Positions 24,500 to 37,289 of a DNA stretch of 64,000 nucleotides are shown here, piece after piece (the stretch's first letter is position 1; the number at the start of each line of letters is the position of its first letter). This DNA is from Octopus bimaculoides. Taxonomy: Eukaryota. The position numbers and the translations under genes are program-made. Location: the NCBI RefSeq assembly GCF_001194135.2, contig NC_068981.1, forward strand, positions 177,108,744 to 177,172,743. The letters are read 5' to 3'. The notes beneath the pieces are model-generated. The model had not been told where the DNA came from and did no database searches. It was given only the letters and a program-made list of their open reading frames with translations.

Positions 24500-25040
24500 G
24501 TGTCCATCAGTCTCTTTAGTATTGCCATTTTGACTACTTATTAGTCATACCCTTTCATACTCATTAGCATTATTCTGTATTGCTAGCTTCTGCTCCCTCT
24601 CTTTCAAGTTACTCATTATTGGCATCTATCAGATACGCTTTTGTCACTGACAATTTCTATGACTACCAATCACTCACTATCTTTCATCACACCCTATCAA
24701 TACTGTTTCTTCCATTACTCCTTTTAGCACTATCTCCCACCTTATACTCTTGTTTTTTCCGTATTTCATCTTTGTTCTTTTTTCTCCTGCAGTCAGTCAC
24801 TCTTCAATCTGCTCTGTTAGTGACATTACCTTCTACAAACAAAGGTAATGCAGAGCAGTGAGAACCTCTTTTACATTGCAAGGCTGAAGGCATCTGCAAC
24901 TTGTCCTGGTGCCATGAAAATGCTCCTTATTCATTTTGTAACATGTTTGGTGATAGGTAGGGTATCCAGCTGTTGAAACTATGCCACATTTAAGTGAAAT
25001 GTGACACCTTGACCTGTCTAGAAGGACAAGAACTCCAAAT
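24500..25040 (+). mobile_element. Degenerate RTE 3' UTR copy
   Basis: CT-rich body followed by ggtgataggtagggtatccagctgttgaaactatgcc, the sense-orientation version of the RTE tail motif. Confidence 0.5.
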
Positions 25041-25049
25041 TCATATATA

Positions 25050-25610
25050 TCATCATCATCATTGTCATTGTTTACGTCACTTATTTCTGCTTGCATGGCT
25101 CAGATGTCTCTTCTGTAGCTTAGCATTTCCACTTTTGGGGTCTTTTGTCGTTTCCTTGAAATCAGCCTGACTTCTTGAGATACCATTTTCAGTCTTACTG
25201 TACTACAGATTCCCAAACTTGATGACTCAGCATTTCTTTAGCAAATTAACCTTTTGCAAATGCATCACATATTTGTAGCAGCTCAGTCTTCTTTCTCACA
25301 CATTATGTCTGATTTCTTTCATATCCTGTTAATCTCTTGGTTCATTATGTTGTTCATATACACTAACATTACGCAACCAGCAGAGTATCCTCACCTTATT
25401 TCTCTCCAGCCTTGTCACATCCTTTCACCCTCATGTTTTGTTATACGATATGACACTTCACTGTCCTTTATTCAGCTCTTTTCACTTTTTCCACCTCATT
25501 CTTTCTCTGGTTGCCATTCTTTCACAAAATCATCTTCTGTTGCTAATTTTGTCACCATCCTAAAGAAAAGCTATCAATTCCTTTTAAGGAACTGTCCAAG
25601 TATTTGAAAG
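25050..25610 (-). mobile_element. Degenerate RTE LINE 3' end ending about 165 nt before the exon C acceptor
   Basis: (cat)n tail at about 25050. Minus-strand remnants resemble GQFLK..., G.K.EKS.IKDS, E.MWQGWREIR, L.CYKYV: weak matches to the RTE C-terminus. Confidence 0.5.
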
Positions 25611-25775
25611 AATTTATTCTATGGATGCTCATAGTGCTAATTCTGTTACATGTGACAGTTATACAGATACACACATACACAGAGAAAAGACCTAAAGATT
25701 TTTTTTTTACACTATATAATTTGTTATTTAATATATTTTCATTTTTCCTTTTCTTTTTCAATCACTTTTCTCCAG

Positions 25776-25904
25776 CAAAACTAGAAGGCAATTTTTCCGA
25801 TGAACTACCACCTTCAACAACACATTCACAGGCAGTAGAAACTACTACTAGAAGTATAGATATTCTTTTTCCAACAGAATCAACTCGTGGAGGCAATGAT
25901 CATG
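25776..25904 (+). CDS. DDR: DDR exon C: Ser/Thr-rich extracellular stalk
   Basis: Long pyrimidine tract with tccag|CAAAA acceptor and CATG|gtaagt donor; 129 nt, phase 1-1, in frame with exons B and D. Reads TKLEGNFSDELPPSTTHSQAVETTTRSIDILFPTESTRGGNDH, including an N-F-S sequon. Confidence 0.85.
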
Positions 25905-26722
25905 GTAAGTAAAATATCTTCTGTGCTTTTTAATTCTTTTATTTATTATTTTTTAAAAGATACATATAAGCTTCTTTTTTTTTTTACCATTTATGTCAGT
26001 TTTCCTGCATCCTGCGAGATGCTACATTGGGGTGGGCATAGATAAAAATTCATTCCTTAAATAGTATATATTACTAACTTGAATGATATATATATTGCAT
26101 TATGATATGCCTTTCAGAGTTAAAATGGCTGCCAACATTTTCTAATTATTTCAAATGGGTACCTTGTACTCTTATACAAACTGGCATAGTCATTCCCATG
26201 ATAAAATCTAGAAACCATGGAAACTACTAGCCTGCAGCCAGAGCAGTAACACTTCCCTTCATTCTTCAATGAAGGACAACAGTTTGAAATGTTAGATTCT
26301 TTCCCTAGGCAATTAAATTTACTAGACTCTCCAAGTAACTGTCCAATTTCTTTCATTTATTTTTAAATATGTTTTATTGTGAATTTTACTGAAGTTGAAA
26401 TAAAAGTTACCTAATAGATTGTTGATTTTTTTGGGGTATTTTTTTTGTTTTTAAATAGGTTAGAGTATATTCAAAAGTGATTACAGTTTTTGTGTGTGTG
26501 TGTGTGCGTGTGTGTGTGGAAGTGTACATTATTTTCACAAGATATGATCAGGAAATTCTGATGTTGACAATATAAATACCAATCCAATACTAGACTTGTT
26601 TCGGTCAAGTATAGGCTTATCTCCCCCACCCTAAAAAAAAATGTATGTTATCTATTATATCAGTTACAAATCGACATTCTGTGAATAGCTGATATTAGAA
26701 TCAACTTATTAGGCCAAAGTGA

Positions 26723-26840
26723 TGCAGGTATGGCCATGTAGTTGTAAAATCCACTATGCAATGGCACTAGGTTCAATCCCACTGCATGGTACCTTGGGCA
26801 AGCATCTCCTATCATAGCCTCAAATCAACCCAGTTCTTGG
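26723..26840 (+). mobile_element. SINE head fragment
   Basis: ggttcaatcccactgcatggtaccttgggcaagc. Confidence 0.65.
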
Positions 26841-28309
26841 GTTAACAGTGCCTTCTTTCCTGACTATAAGATAAATTAAAGATATATTTTGTTAGTATTT
26901 AAATCTATACAATGGTTTCATGCAATCTCTAAATGGATAATCTTTATCCTCAGTGGCGAAGAAACAGCAGTAGAATAGTAAACATCCAATGAAACTATTT
27001 ATGGACTGAATCATGTGTATAGATATCTATTTATTGAGCTTGATTGGTACGGGGGAAAAGAAAATCATAAGTTTAATCTCCACAGTATTTACCTGTATTC
27101 AAAGCACAGCAGTATTGAAATTATGACAGACTTGTCCGATTGTGGAGAGATGCTGTCAAGGTTCAACTTGATGTTTTGTTTCAGTGCATGAGAGGCATTG
27201 ACAGGCCTACACCACCACTTCGATAGCTGTTATTCTTATTGCTATTGGGTGACCTTTAACTTTTCTCAAAGAGTGGAACATGATGGGGTTGCAAGTTTAG
27301 CACCTGACAACTTGACCATGTAACACACTGCATGCTTACATAGTACCACAGGTAAGAGGCTATCAAATACCCCTGGTGTCTTTATAGATAATAATCAATG
27401 TAGAAATTGGATGAAGGATGATTGAGGCCATATCAAAGCAGCTTCAAGAGGAAATCCTTGTGCAGTAGAAAGCTGAAGTAAATTTAATCAGTAATAAATT
27501 TAACACACAAAGTTTTAATGTATTAATTCCAGTTTAGCTAAAGATTGGAGAAAACTTTTTTCCATAAGTTGGAATTCATTTTATTTTGCCTGTCAGCCCT
27601 TCTTCCAATAAAATTATAAAATATCAAATTATTTTTGTCATCTTTCATTGTGGTGGAGGGTATACAATTTTTTGTTGTGGTACTGTTGTTTTATTTTGTT
27701 TTATTGTTTTTATTATTGTATCTGGGTTGATTCCTTTATTACACCAAGATGAAATAAAGATTTATTTTGTCTAAGTGATATATTATAGGCAGCCACAAAG
27801 ACTTTTGTAAGTATAATATGTAAATTCATTTTTCTCTGACTTTGAAACACTCACACTCACACATATACACACACATTTATTGATCTGGTTTTTCAAGAGA
27901 ACTTAACAATTGACAGTTAACAGAATATGGTCACAGCACATTTTTCTCTATCTCTTTAAAAAAAAAAAAAAAACTACTGCTTAAACATATTCACATTGTT
28001 GTTTTCTTTCTCCATAAGTTTTGAAAAATGTAATTTAAAGTTTGCTTTGCCTTATTTAGGAAATGTCTGCTATGTTCACGACTCTAGTCTCTGGATCTCC
28101 TTCACTGGATTAGATCTGTTTGAGAACTGTCTTTATGGAACTTGTTCCAATCATCCCTTCTTGACGAATTGAATCAAGCAAAGAGGCTTTAGTTTGGGAC
28201 TTTTCTTAAAAGACCAAATCTTTAAAAAAAAAAAATGAATTGTTGTTTATATTTTTTTAAAGTCATTTACTTATCTATATTTTTTTCTTGTGCATGTTTT
28301 TCCTTCTAG

Positions 28310-28738
28310 AACATTCTCGCAATGATCGTCAACATAAACCTCCAAAGGCCATGGACGATAGCTATGTTGGAATTATAATTGGTGCTCTCGCTGCCCTCAT
28401 AATTATTCTGTTCATTGTGGCTGTAATAATTGTGGTGCGGCATCGGCGATCCAAACATAACAACAACCAGCCTTGTCAGAAACCAGTCGTCCTTGGCGAT
28501 AGGCATGTGACTATAAACCTTAGCGACCTCAGAGGTGGTTGCACCAATGGTAAGCTTTCCCATGGTAACATGTACAACAGTGTAGCAACAGATGATATGG
28601 ACTCTGATCGAGAAATGTGTGCTGGCAGTGCAGATAAACTGTGTTCCAAAGGAAGTGGCAGCGGAAATTACCTGGAACCTAAAGATAGCATTCAGGGGAG
28701 GAAACTACCTGATTTGCCTCCCACCCCTGATTCTTCAG
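28310..28738 (+). CDS. DDR: DDR exon D: transmembrane helix and proximal juxtamembrane region (GC donor inferred)
   Basis: ttctag|AACAT acceptor. TM helix YVGIIIGALAALIIILFIVAVIIVV followed by the RHRR stop-transfer; ends GRKLPDLPPTPDSS at TCAG|gcaagt (phase 1, as exon E requires). An alternative phase-1 GT donor lies at 28804/28805. Confidence 0.88.
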
Positions 28739-29725
28739 GCAAGTATTTGGAAACCTCCTCCACTCCTACTTCCTGCTACTTATTTTGGGGTCTCTTAAAC
28801 TTAAGTAGGTATAACATTTTATTATTAAAAGCATCAGGGAGCAAATAATCAATAAAGATTTCCAGTTTTTCAAATAAAAGCAAGCAAAAATTGAATTTAA
28901 AGATGAGATGATAGGCAATTATTAGAAAAGGAAAATCGAGGATCTTGTTTTGAAAAAGCCATTAAGATATTAGTTTTCATTTCTGAAATAATAATTTTGA
29001 GAATTTTCCTTTAGGAATTAATTTAAACAAATAAACTAAACTTAGATAAATTAGGCTCGTATTCTTAGAGAACTCTGTGGAATCTGGATTAATATTTACC
29101 TTATTTTGTTGAAATACTATTTTTTAGTATTTTTAAGAAGCTATAATTACTTAAGTTAAAAGCTTATTGCTGTTCTAATTTAATAATTCTCAGAGCATCA
29201 AATCTACTTAGAACCCTACTATTTGATTTCCAGCAAGGATTTGAATATTCTGTTTATTACTACTCAACACTTCGTGAATTGGTTCTCATTTTGCCTCAAT
29301 TTATAGGCTTAGATCAAGGATTTAGGATTTTTAGACACACACACACACCCTTAAACATGTGCGTGCACATTCACACACAGTTTGAAATCAGCTTTCTCAA
29401 ATAGATAATATTTGTAAATTCAAGAGACTTTTCTGATAAAATACCTTCCCTTTCAATTGGATTTACTAAACTAGATGCTAATCCTATTGGAATGAATATA
29501 TAAAAGAAACGAGAATCTCCTAATCTCCAAGCCTTATTATTTTCTCTGTGTAAAGATTAGTGAAAATAAATAAAATAAAATAAAAGTAGATAATGATTCA
29601 TTGTGAAACTGGTGACATTTCATTTGCTTATTGACTTTTATTGGTCAGAAGATAATCAATCAATTATATATATATATGTATGTGTGTGTGTGTGTGTGCG
29701 CATAATCATTTTATGTCCATTTTTC

Positions 29726-30246
29726 CATGCCAGCAGGAGTTTAATAGACTGTCTTGGTTCAAGTCATCTTGCACATATAACAGTCAACCGGTCAGGTTTG
29801 GTATTGTGTCTTATGGTGTGAACTGAGTGTTTCACAGTACCACTGGCACTTGAGAAGTTGTCCTATGTCAAGAGGATTATAGAGTCTTCTCTACCTTATA
29901 TCAGTGCTTATGCAAAGTTACTGCCCTCCTTGACAGGTAGCCACATCTTGCTCATACGTCCCATTTTGGCACGTCCTCTACAGCTGAAGGCCCTTCCTGT
30001 CATTAGCCACTTAACACAGACTATTTGGTGCATTTTGTGGTGACACTAGCTCTTGAGAGCTTATTCTATGTGAGGACTAAAATGTTCTCCCTTTTCTGTA
30101 TCAGAGCTTACCTAGATTTAAGGTACCAGTGATAGTGTGAAACACTCAGTTCACACCATAAGACACAATACCAAAGCTGACTGGTTGACTATTGTATGTG
30201 CAAGATGACTTGAACCAAGACAGCCTATTAAACTCCTGCTGACATG
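29726..30246. repeat. 124-bp inverted repeat with a 273-nt spacer
   Basis: Arm 29726-29849 versus rc of 30123-30246: 9 mismatches by eye, no gaps. Confidence 0.95.
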
Positions 30247-30540
30247 CTATCTTAGAGGGGTGACTATCCAAAGATTGGGAACATGAGACTTAGAGTAATG
30301 GCAATGAAGTTTTTAGGGGTTATAATAAATGAAGTAAAACTCTTATACCTAGAGTACTCTTTTTCTCCTCTTTCTTGTTTGTACAGTTCTGTGTTCTGTA
30401 ACACAGTAAACATATAGCTAGATTTAATTGTAAGGATAATTTAAAAGAATATCTGAACATTAATATCATAGGTTTATGACTGTAATGTCTTTATTTTTGT
30501 TTGGTGAATTTCACTTTATCACCATTTGACCATGATCGTT

Positions 30541-30864
30541 ACCTGCATCGCCTTACTGGCACATGAAAAATCATTTGAGCAAGGTTGTTGCCAATGCCAC
30601 TGGACTGGCTCCTGTGCAGGTGGCATGTAAAAAGCACCACTTGAGCATGGCCGTAGCCAGTACTGCCTGACTGGTCCTCATGCCGGTGGCTTGTAAAAGC
30701 ACCCACTACACTCTCGGAGTGGTTGGCGTTATGAAGGGCATCCAGCTGTAGAAACTCTGCCAGATCATATTGGAGCCTGGTGCAGCCTTCTGGTTCACCA
30801 ATCCTCAGTCAAATCGTCCAACCCATGCTAGCATGCAAAGTGGACGTTAAATGATGATGATGAT
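30541..30864 (+). mobile_element. Non-autonomous retroposon with internal ~60-bp subrepeats and an RTE-type tail
   Basis: tgccag...actggctcc.gtg.cggtggca.gtaaaa subrepeats; ggcatccagctgtagaaactctgcc...ggacgttaaatgatgatgatga tail. Confidence 0.85.
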
Positions 30865-32764
30865 TAAAGAGTTTACCTGACAAGAAAATCCAGGCAATTC
30901 TGAGTTCTAAATTTTAAGCTATTATTGCTAGAAAAATTGTAAAGCTTACAAAAAAAAAAAAATTACATTGAACTTAAAACAATTTGCAATTTAACTATAC
31001 AGATATGAATTGCTTAGCAAATTTTTTCCATTTAAAATAATACATTCAGTATGCTACTATGCAACAACAGTATTCATGGACAAAATTTTGCTGGTTGATC
31101 TTTTTTTTTTTATTCTGAATATTCACCTGCTTTTCTGAATATATTCTGATATTCAAGCAGTTGGTTGTCCATCACTCTATCCTCTTATTTCATTCATGCT
31201 TTCATTGGTGTATCTAAATATCAAGCAGCCATGTATTAGTTCTAAACAGTTTGCTGTTAATATTAGTGAAGAAATTTATCCCAATGATATTGTATTTTTT
31301 AAGATAATATTTTGATATTTTAATGACAGAGCTTTCAAATTATGTTTTTATCTACTGAGTGTAGTGTTCTAAAATTGAATTAATTTTATCATTGTTGTAT
31401 GGATTCAAATGACTTAAAGTTCCTCAATCATTTGCTGGCATTTAATGAACTACTCAAGTCTGTAATTAAATTGTTATTTAAGTGAAATATTGAGAATTCA
31501 GACTTGATTTGAAAGCATTTGCTTTAATTTGAACTGCTCTCAATAGTTTAAAAAGAAAACTTAGCTGCTTCTATTTTGTTTTCCTGCCCCTTCTCACTTT
31601 ATTGCATTGCACCAAATGTTGTCATGTTGCAGTTGAAATGAAGTGCTGACTCATTCAAATGCATTTCCTTGGATTATGTAAGAGTAAAATATCAGTGTTT
31701 CAAATGGTGGTTAATGTTTGTATGCTTTTATTATTGCTGTTTGAAACATTACCCTCATCGGTGTCTGTAATATCACACAGCATGTCTCAGATTTAACATG
31801 CTGTGACTGAACCAATGAACACTTCATTGTTTTCATGGTGTTACATTGATGGAAGAAAACATTTTAAAGGCCAGGAAATGCAAACATAAATAATACAGTT
31901 AGTTACAACTCATTGGGGATGTAAAATGTAATGTGCAATTTTGTTGACCTTTTTCAAATCATACTGCATGAACGACCTGATAAATTGGTTGCTATGAGAA
32001 ACAAATTAACAATTTTTAAAATAAAATATAATGGAATTGAAATTTATTATTTTTATAAGCTTTCTATGTCTGTTCAGTATTTCATAATTGAACAAAGACT
32101 AATTACATTTTAAGTTCTTTTTGTCAAGAATAACAACATGTCTTTGAAACATGCTTAATAGCTGTTTAAAAAATGGTCTTTCATATAATTATTTTAGTCG
32201 CCAAGCATATATTTTATTACTTTAAATTTGAGAAATTAATATATATCAAATAGTAATGTTAATAATAAATATTAACTAGTTGCAATTTCAAAATGAAGCT
32301 ATAAAATATGCATTTTCTAACACATACACTCTCTTTCACTCACTCATATTTTAAGGGTATGTGTGTGTACACATATATATATATATATATATCTAAAATA
32401 AACAATGGAAAATGGAATGAACAACATTATTTAAAATTACTACAATTGTTTCGACACATTTTTACACTCATATTACAGTGGTGTGATGTTGTGTAACCAT
32501 TATCATCCTTCCAAAGTATAAAATGCAACTCCTCTAGTGATTGTTTAAATGAGACTTTCGTTAGATCTTGCTGATATTTCACTTAGTGTGAGAATGCATA
32601 CCCAAAGCTGTGTGTTATTTTCAGCAGTTTACAGACAAAACTAAACTCATAGATATACTGACAGACAAAATGCAATTATAATCAAAATGCAAAATAAAGA
32701 AATAGGCAAAAAATGGTGGGGTCAGGCTGGCTATAAAATACAATTCTATCATGATGGTCAGATT

Positions 32765-33110
32765 ATCATCATCACCATCGTTTAACTTTTGCTTTCCATG
32801 CTGGCATGGGTTGGACGATTTGACTGAAGACTGATGAACCAGATGGCTGCACCAGGCTCCAATCTGATCTGGCAGAGTTTCTACAGCTGGATGCCCTTCC
32901 TAACGCCAACCACTCCGAGAATGTAGTAGGTGCTTTTACGTGCCACCGACACGGGGGCCAGTCACATGGTACTGGCAACGGCCATGCTCAAAATGGTGTT
33001 TCTTACGTGCCACCTGCACAGGAGCTAGTCCAGCAGCACTGGCAATGACCTTGCTCGAATGATTTTCTAACATGCCACTGGCACAAGTGCCAGTAAGGCA
33101 ACGCTGGCAC
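32765..33110 (-). mobile_element. Same family as 30541-30864, opposite orientation
   Basis: The reverse complement aligns with 30541-30864 at high identity (about 90% in the tail half, by eye). Confidence 0.85.
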
Positions 33111-33595
33111 ACTTAAATGGTGCATAAATCACGCTAAAGAAAATGCAAAACAGAATCAAGAATTAATTTCAGCTCTGAGAGAATAAAGTGATAAAGACTG
33201 ACCATTCCTGTGCTTATCAACCGTTTCTTTGTTTAAACAATAACCTGAGGAGGTGAATTTTACACCTTGGATGGATGATAATGGTTACACATCTTACCAA
33301 TCTACTACAAGTGTAAAAATGTGTAGAAACAATTGTATTGATTTTGAATGTAGAATATTGTTCATTCCATTTTCTATCATTTATCTATTTATATAAACTT
33401 TATGGTATTCCCCTGATGTATAATCCATAACAAGAGTATTTCCACTGTATGATGATGTCAGATAGCCAATAACTGTGGACAAGCTTTACATAACATACTA
33501 CAAGATTTTTACTCAAATCTTATTTAACTTATATACATATATGTATAGATACATTTACAAAAAAAACACACTCATCCATAGATATGTACATGAAA

Positions 33596-33646
<51 letters not shown>

Positions 33647-34179
33647 TAAACAAAAATAATTGAAAAAATTATGGTAGACTAAGGAAAACAAAATAAATTT
33701 GACCAAATATGTTACAACTGTATAATTCTGTTAGTTATTGTTACGTTCTAGAGAAATGATGATTACACAGAGTTTCTTTATCTTTAGGTAAAAGCCACAT
33801 TTTCTCCCTTTCAGATAAAAACATTTTATTACTATAATTCACTTATCATTTTTTTTTTTTTTTTTTCATCATCATTATCCTCATTTTAACATTTTGTGTA
33901 TGGCAATTACAAATAGAAAATCATAAAGATGAATATTTTAAAGTCATATAATGTGAAGAAGTAGAATTTAATCATTAAATATCAATTCTACATCACTAAC
34001 ATCTATAAATAGTAATAGTCATCTTTCTAATGATGTATACATTACTTTAGAGTGGGACTTTCTAAAGAATTTAAAACAATTTTTCAAAAAGAACCTCACA
34101 TTCATCTTTCCCTTTCTGTTTCATTTTTTTTTTCTCATACATGTTGTCAATTGCATAGATCATCTGTTGCCTGTCAATC

Positions 34180-34278
34180 TGTCACTGTCTACATATCTGC
34201 CTGTTGTTGTTGTTCTTTCATATATATGTGTGTGTGGTCTACAAATACACATATATGCATACATGTATATACATGTGC

Positions 34279-34325
<47 letters not shown>

Positions 34326-34437
34326 CACAAATGCATGTATATATATGTGTATAATATATACACACACATGTGTATATATATATGTACATATACATACATA
34401 TGTGTGTGTGTATATGTATATATTTATGTATGTAGAA

Positions 34438-34468
<31 letters not shown>

Positions 34469-34546
34469 TGTGTATGTGTATATATATATATGCATATATG
34501 TAATTCATTGGATGTTACCATCCCTTAATGAGGTTTATTTAACCTC

Positions 34547-34593
<47 letters not shown>
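34180..34593. repeat. Compound (TA)n/(TG)n/(CA)n microsatellite running into a gap
   Basis: Alternating purine-pyrimidine tract; source of several spurious YI/CV ORFs. Confidence 0.95.
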
Positions 34594-35567
34594 NNNNNNN
34601 NNNNNNNNNNNNNNNNNNNNNNNNNNNNNNNNNNNNNNNNNNNNNNNNNNNNNNNNNNNNNNNNNNNNNNNNNNNNNNNNNNNNNNNNNNNNNNNNNNNN
34701 NNNNNNNNNNNNNNNNNNNNNNNNNNNNNNNNNNNNNNNNNNNNNNNNNNNNNNNNNNNNNNNNNNNNNNNNNNNNNNNNNNNNNNNNNNNNNNNNNNNN
34801 NNNNNNNNNNNNNNNNNNNNNNNNNNNNNNNNNNNNNNNNNNNNNNNNNNNNNNNNNNNNNNNNNNNNNNNNNNNNNNNNNNNNNNNNNNNNNNNNNNNN
34901 NNNNNNNNNNNNNNNNNNNNNNNNNNNNNNNNNNNNNNNNNNNNNNNNNNNNNNNNNNNNNNNNNNNNNNNNNNNNNNNNNNNNNNNNNNNNNNNNNNNN
35001 NNNNNNNNNNNNNNNNNNNNNNNNNNNNNNNNNNNNNNNNNNNNNNNNNNNNNNNNNNNNNNNNNNNNNNNNNNNNNNNNNNNNNNNNNNNNNNNNNNNN
35101 NNNNNNNNNNNNNNNNNNNNNNNNNNNNNNNNNNNNNNNNNNNNNNNNNNNNNNNNNNNNNNNNNNNNNNNNNNNNNNNNNNNNNNNNNNNNNNNNNNNN
35201 NNNNNNNNNNNNNNNNNNNNNNNNNNNNNNNNNNNNNNNNNNNNNNNNNNNNNNNNNNNNNNNNNNNNNNNNNNNNNNNNNNNNNNNNNNNNNNNNNNNN
35301 NNNNNNNNNNNNNNNNNNNNNNNNNNNNNNNNNNNNNNNNNNNNNNNNNNNNNNNNNNNNNNNNNNNNNNNNNNNNNNNNNNNNNNNNNNNNNNNNNNNN
35401 NNNNNNNNNNNNNNNNNNNNNNNNNNNNNNNNNNNNNNNNNNNNNNNNNNNNNNNNNNNNNNNNNNNNNNNNNNNNNNNNNNNNNNNNNNNNNNNNNNNN
35501 NNNNNNNNNNNNNNNNNNNNNNNNNNNNNNNNNNNNNNNNNNNNNNNNNNNNNNNNNNNNNNNNNNN
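34594..35567. other. Assembly gap (N run) flanked by (TA)n
   Basis: 974 N. Confidence 1.
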
Positions 35568-35612
<45 letters not shown>

Positions 35613-37289
35613 GGTTTGTAGTCTGTTTGCTCATTTTTGTGTTAGACTCATCTTAGCATTCCATTCATTATTGTATATGTGTGCTTGTTCCTCAGTATTA
35701 TGTGTCTGTAACATTGTGTTAGAAGAAATGTTTGTTGTCAAATTCAATTTCATTTGTTATCAGTTTGCTCATCCATGCATTATTTTGTTCCTTTCCCACC
35801 TCAGCTAAGATATCTAGTTATGAGTATTTTACTATTTCTCTTCTTTCTATTGTCACATTCTGATGTTATTTTGTTGACATGTTGTTATATAGATTACCCA
35901 GTGTAAATTGTGAATTTTAAAATATACATTTTAAAATTTATTTTATAATTTATACATCGAGTTTTCATATATTTTCTCTTCAACATTAGTTTCTCATTTT
36001 TCTTTATATCATTTCTTTAAAAGGGCAATTCCCCCCCCCCCCATTAGCTTTGTTGTATCTACATCATGCTTGTTTTAAACTATTCAAATTCTACCTCTAA
36101 ATCTTTGAGAATTAGAAGTTTGAAAATGAAAGTAGCATTATCTAAGTAAGTTTTCATTAAGTTAAAGATATGGTTTGTTATTTCCGAAATTCTGAAATAA
36201 TCTTCTTTAGTTATAGGTGATAGAATTTAATTTTTGTCTGAATTTCTGAGATAAAGATTTATCCTTATTGTATACTGATATATTTAGGCTGTTATCTTCA
36301 AACTGGTTGTTTAGTTATAATGGCTGAAATGATACTTTACTGCATCAACCACGATGACGACACTAGTCTGAATATGTCAGTGTATAAGATGATAGATTTT
36401 AATTTTTTTTTTTTTTTCTATTTGATTTATTATATTCTTAAAACTAATGTTTTGTTGCGCTAATTTTTAGAACATTCAATATTCAGTTTTAAACTATATC
36501 TGACTTCGCTAATTAGCTTAAATTGAATAAAATGTACTAAAATTATTCACTATCAGTAACAAATATTGTGTTGATCTGTTTTCTTTTCAACAGTTTGTTT
36601 AATCTGATCTAATTGTTTTCATCTGGTCCCTTCATTTCTTTAGTAATTATTAAAATCGTTATGACATTGTATTAAGGTTTTAGAAGATATTCTATTCATG
36701 TTCTGTTTATTTTGGAACATGTTCTTTGATTTTATTCATACAGTACTTTCATGCTTAGAGAAGACTTTAAGGTTATTAAGTCTTTCACACTTATTAGCTA
36801 TTGGTTGACAGTGAAACCATGTGATGCCTGCTTAACTTGAATACCATAGAGATGGTTCTATTAAAAAAGAAAAAGACAATGCTGATCAATTGAAAATGGG
36901 TGCCCAAGATTTCTTATAGAAGTAAAGTAAAGGTTGTATGGCAAAATGTTAAAATTGCAGTTCATTCTTAGAACTATTATATTTATAAGGTGTCAGTACA
37001 TAAATATTAACATAAAATAATGCTAATCACTGACATCTAGAATTACAGCAGTAATCAATATTAATCTGGTTGAAATTTAAGTTCAAATCCAGATGAACAT
37101 ATACATAATGTCAGTAACAATGGTATCTATCTAAAATCATCATTTTACAAGTTTTCCTATGCTTACCTGTGCGCACACACACACACACACACACAGTGTA
37201 CAAAAGCAATCAGGAACAAAATAAAACAAGAAAAACAAACATGCCAAAAATTAAAATCCCAGAATAACAACACATACATTCAACTTGGT

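Noticed and set aside
26118-26240. Possible extra exon after a tgcctttcag acceptor
   Set aside because: No phase-compatible donor before the stop, and no DDR-like sequence.
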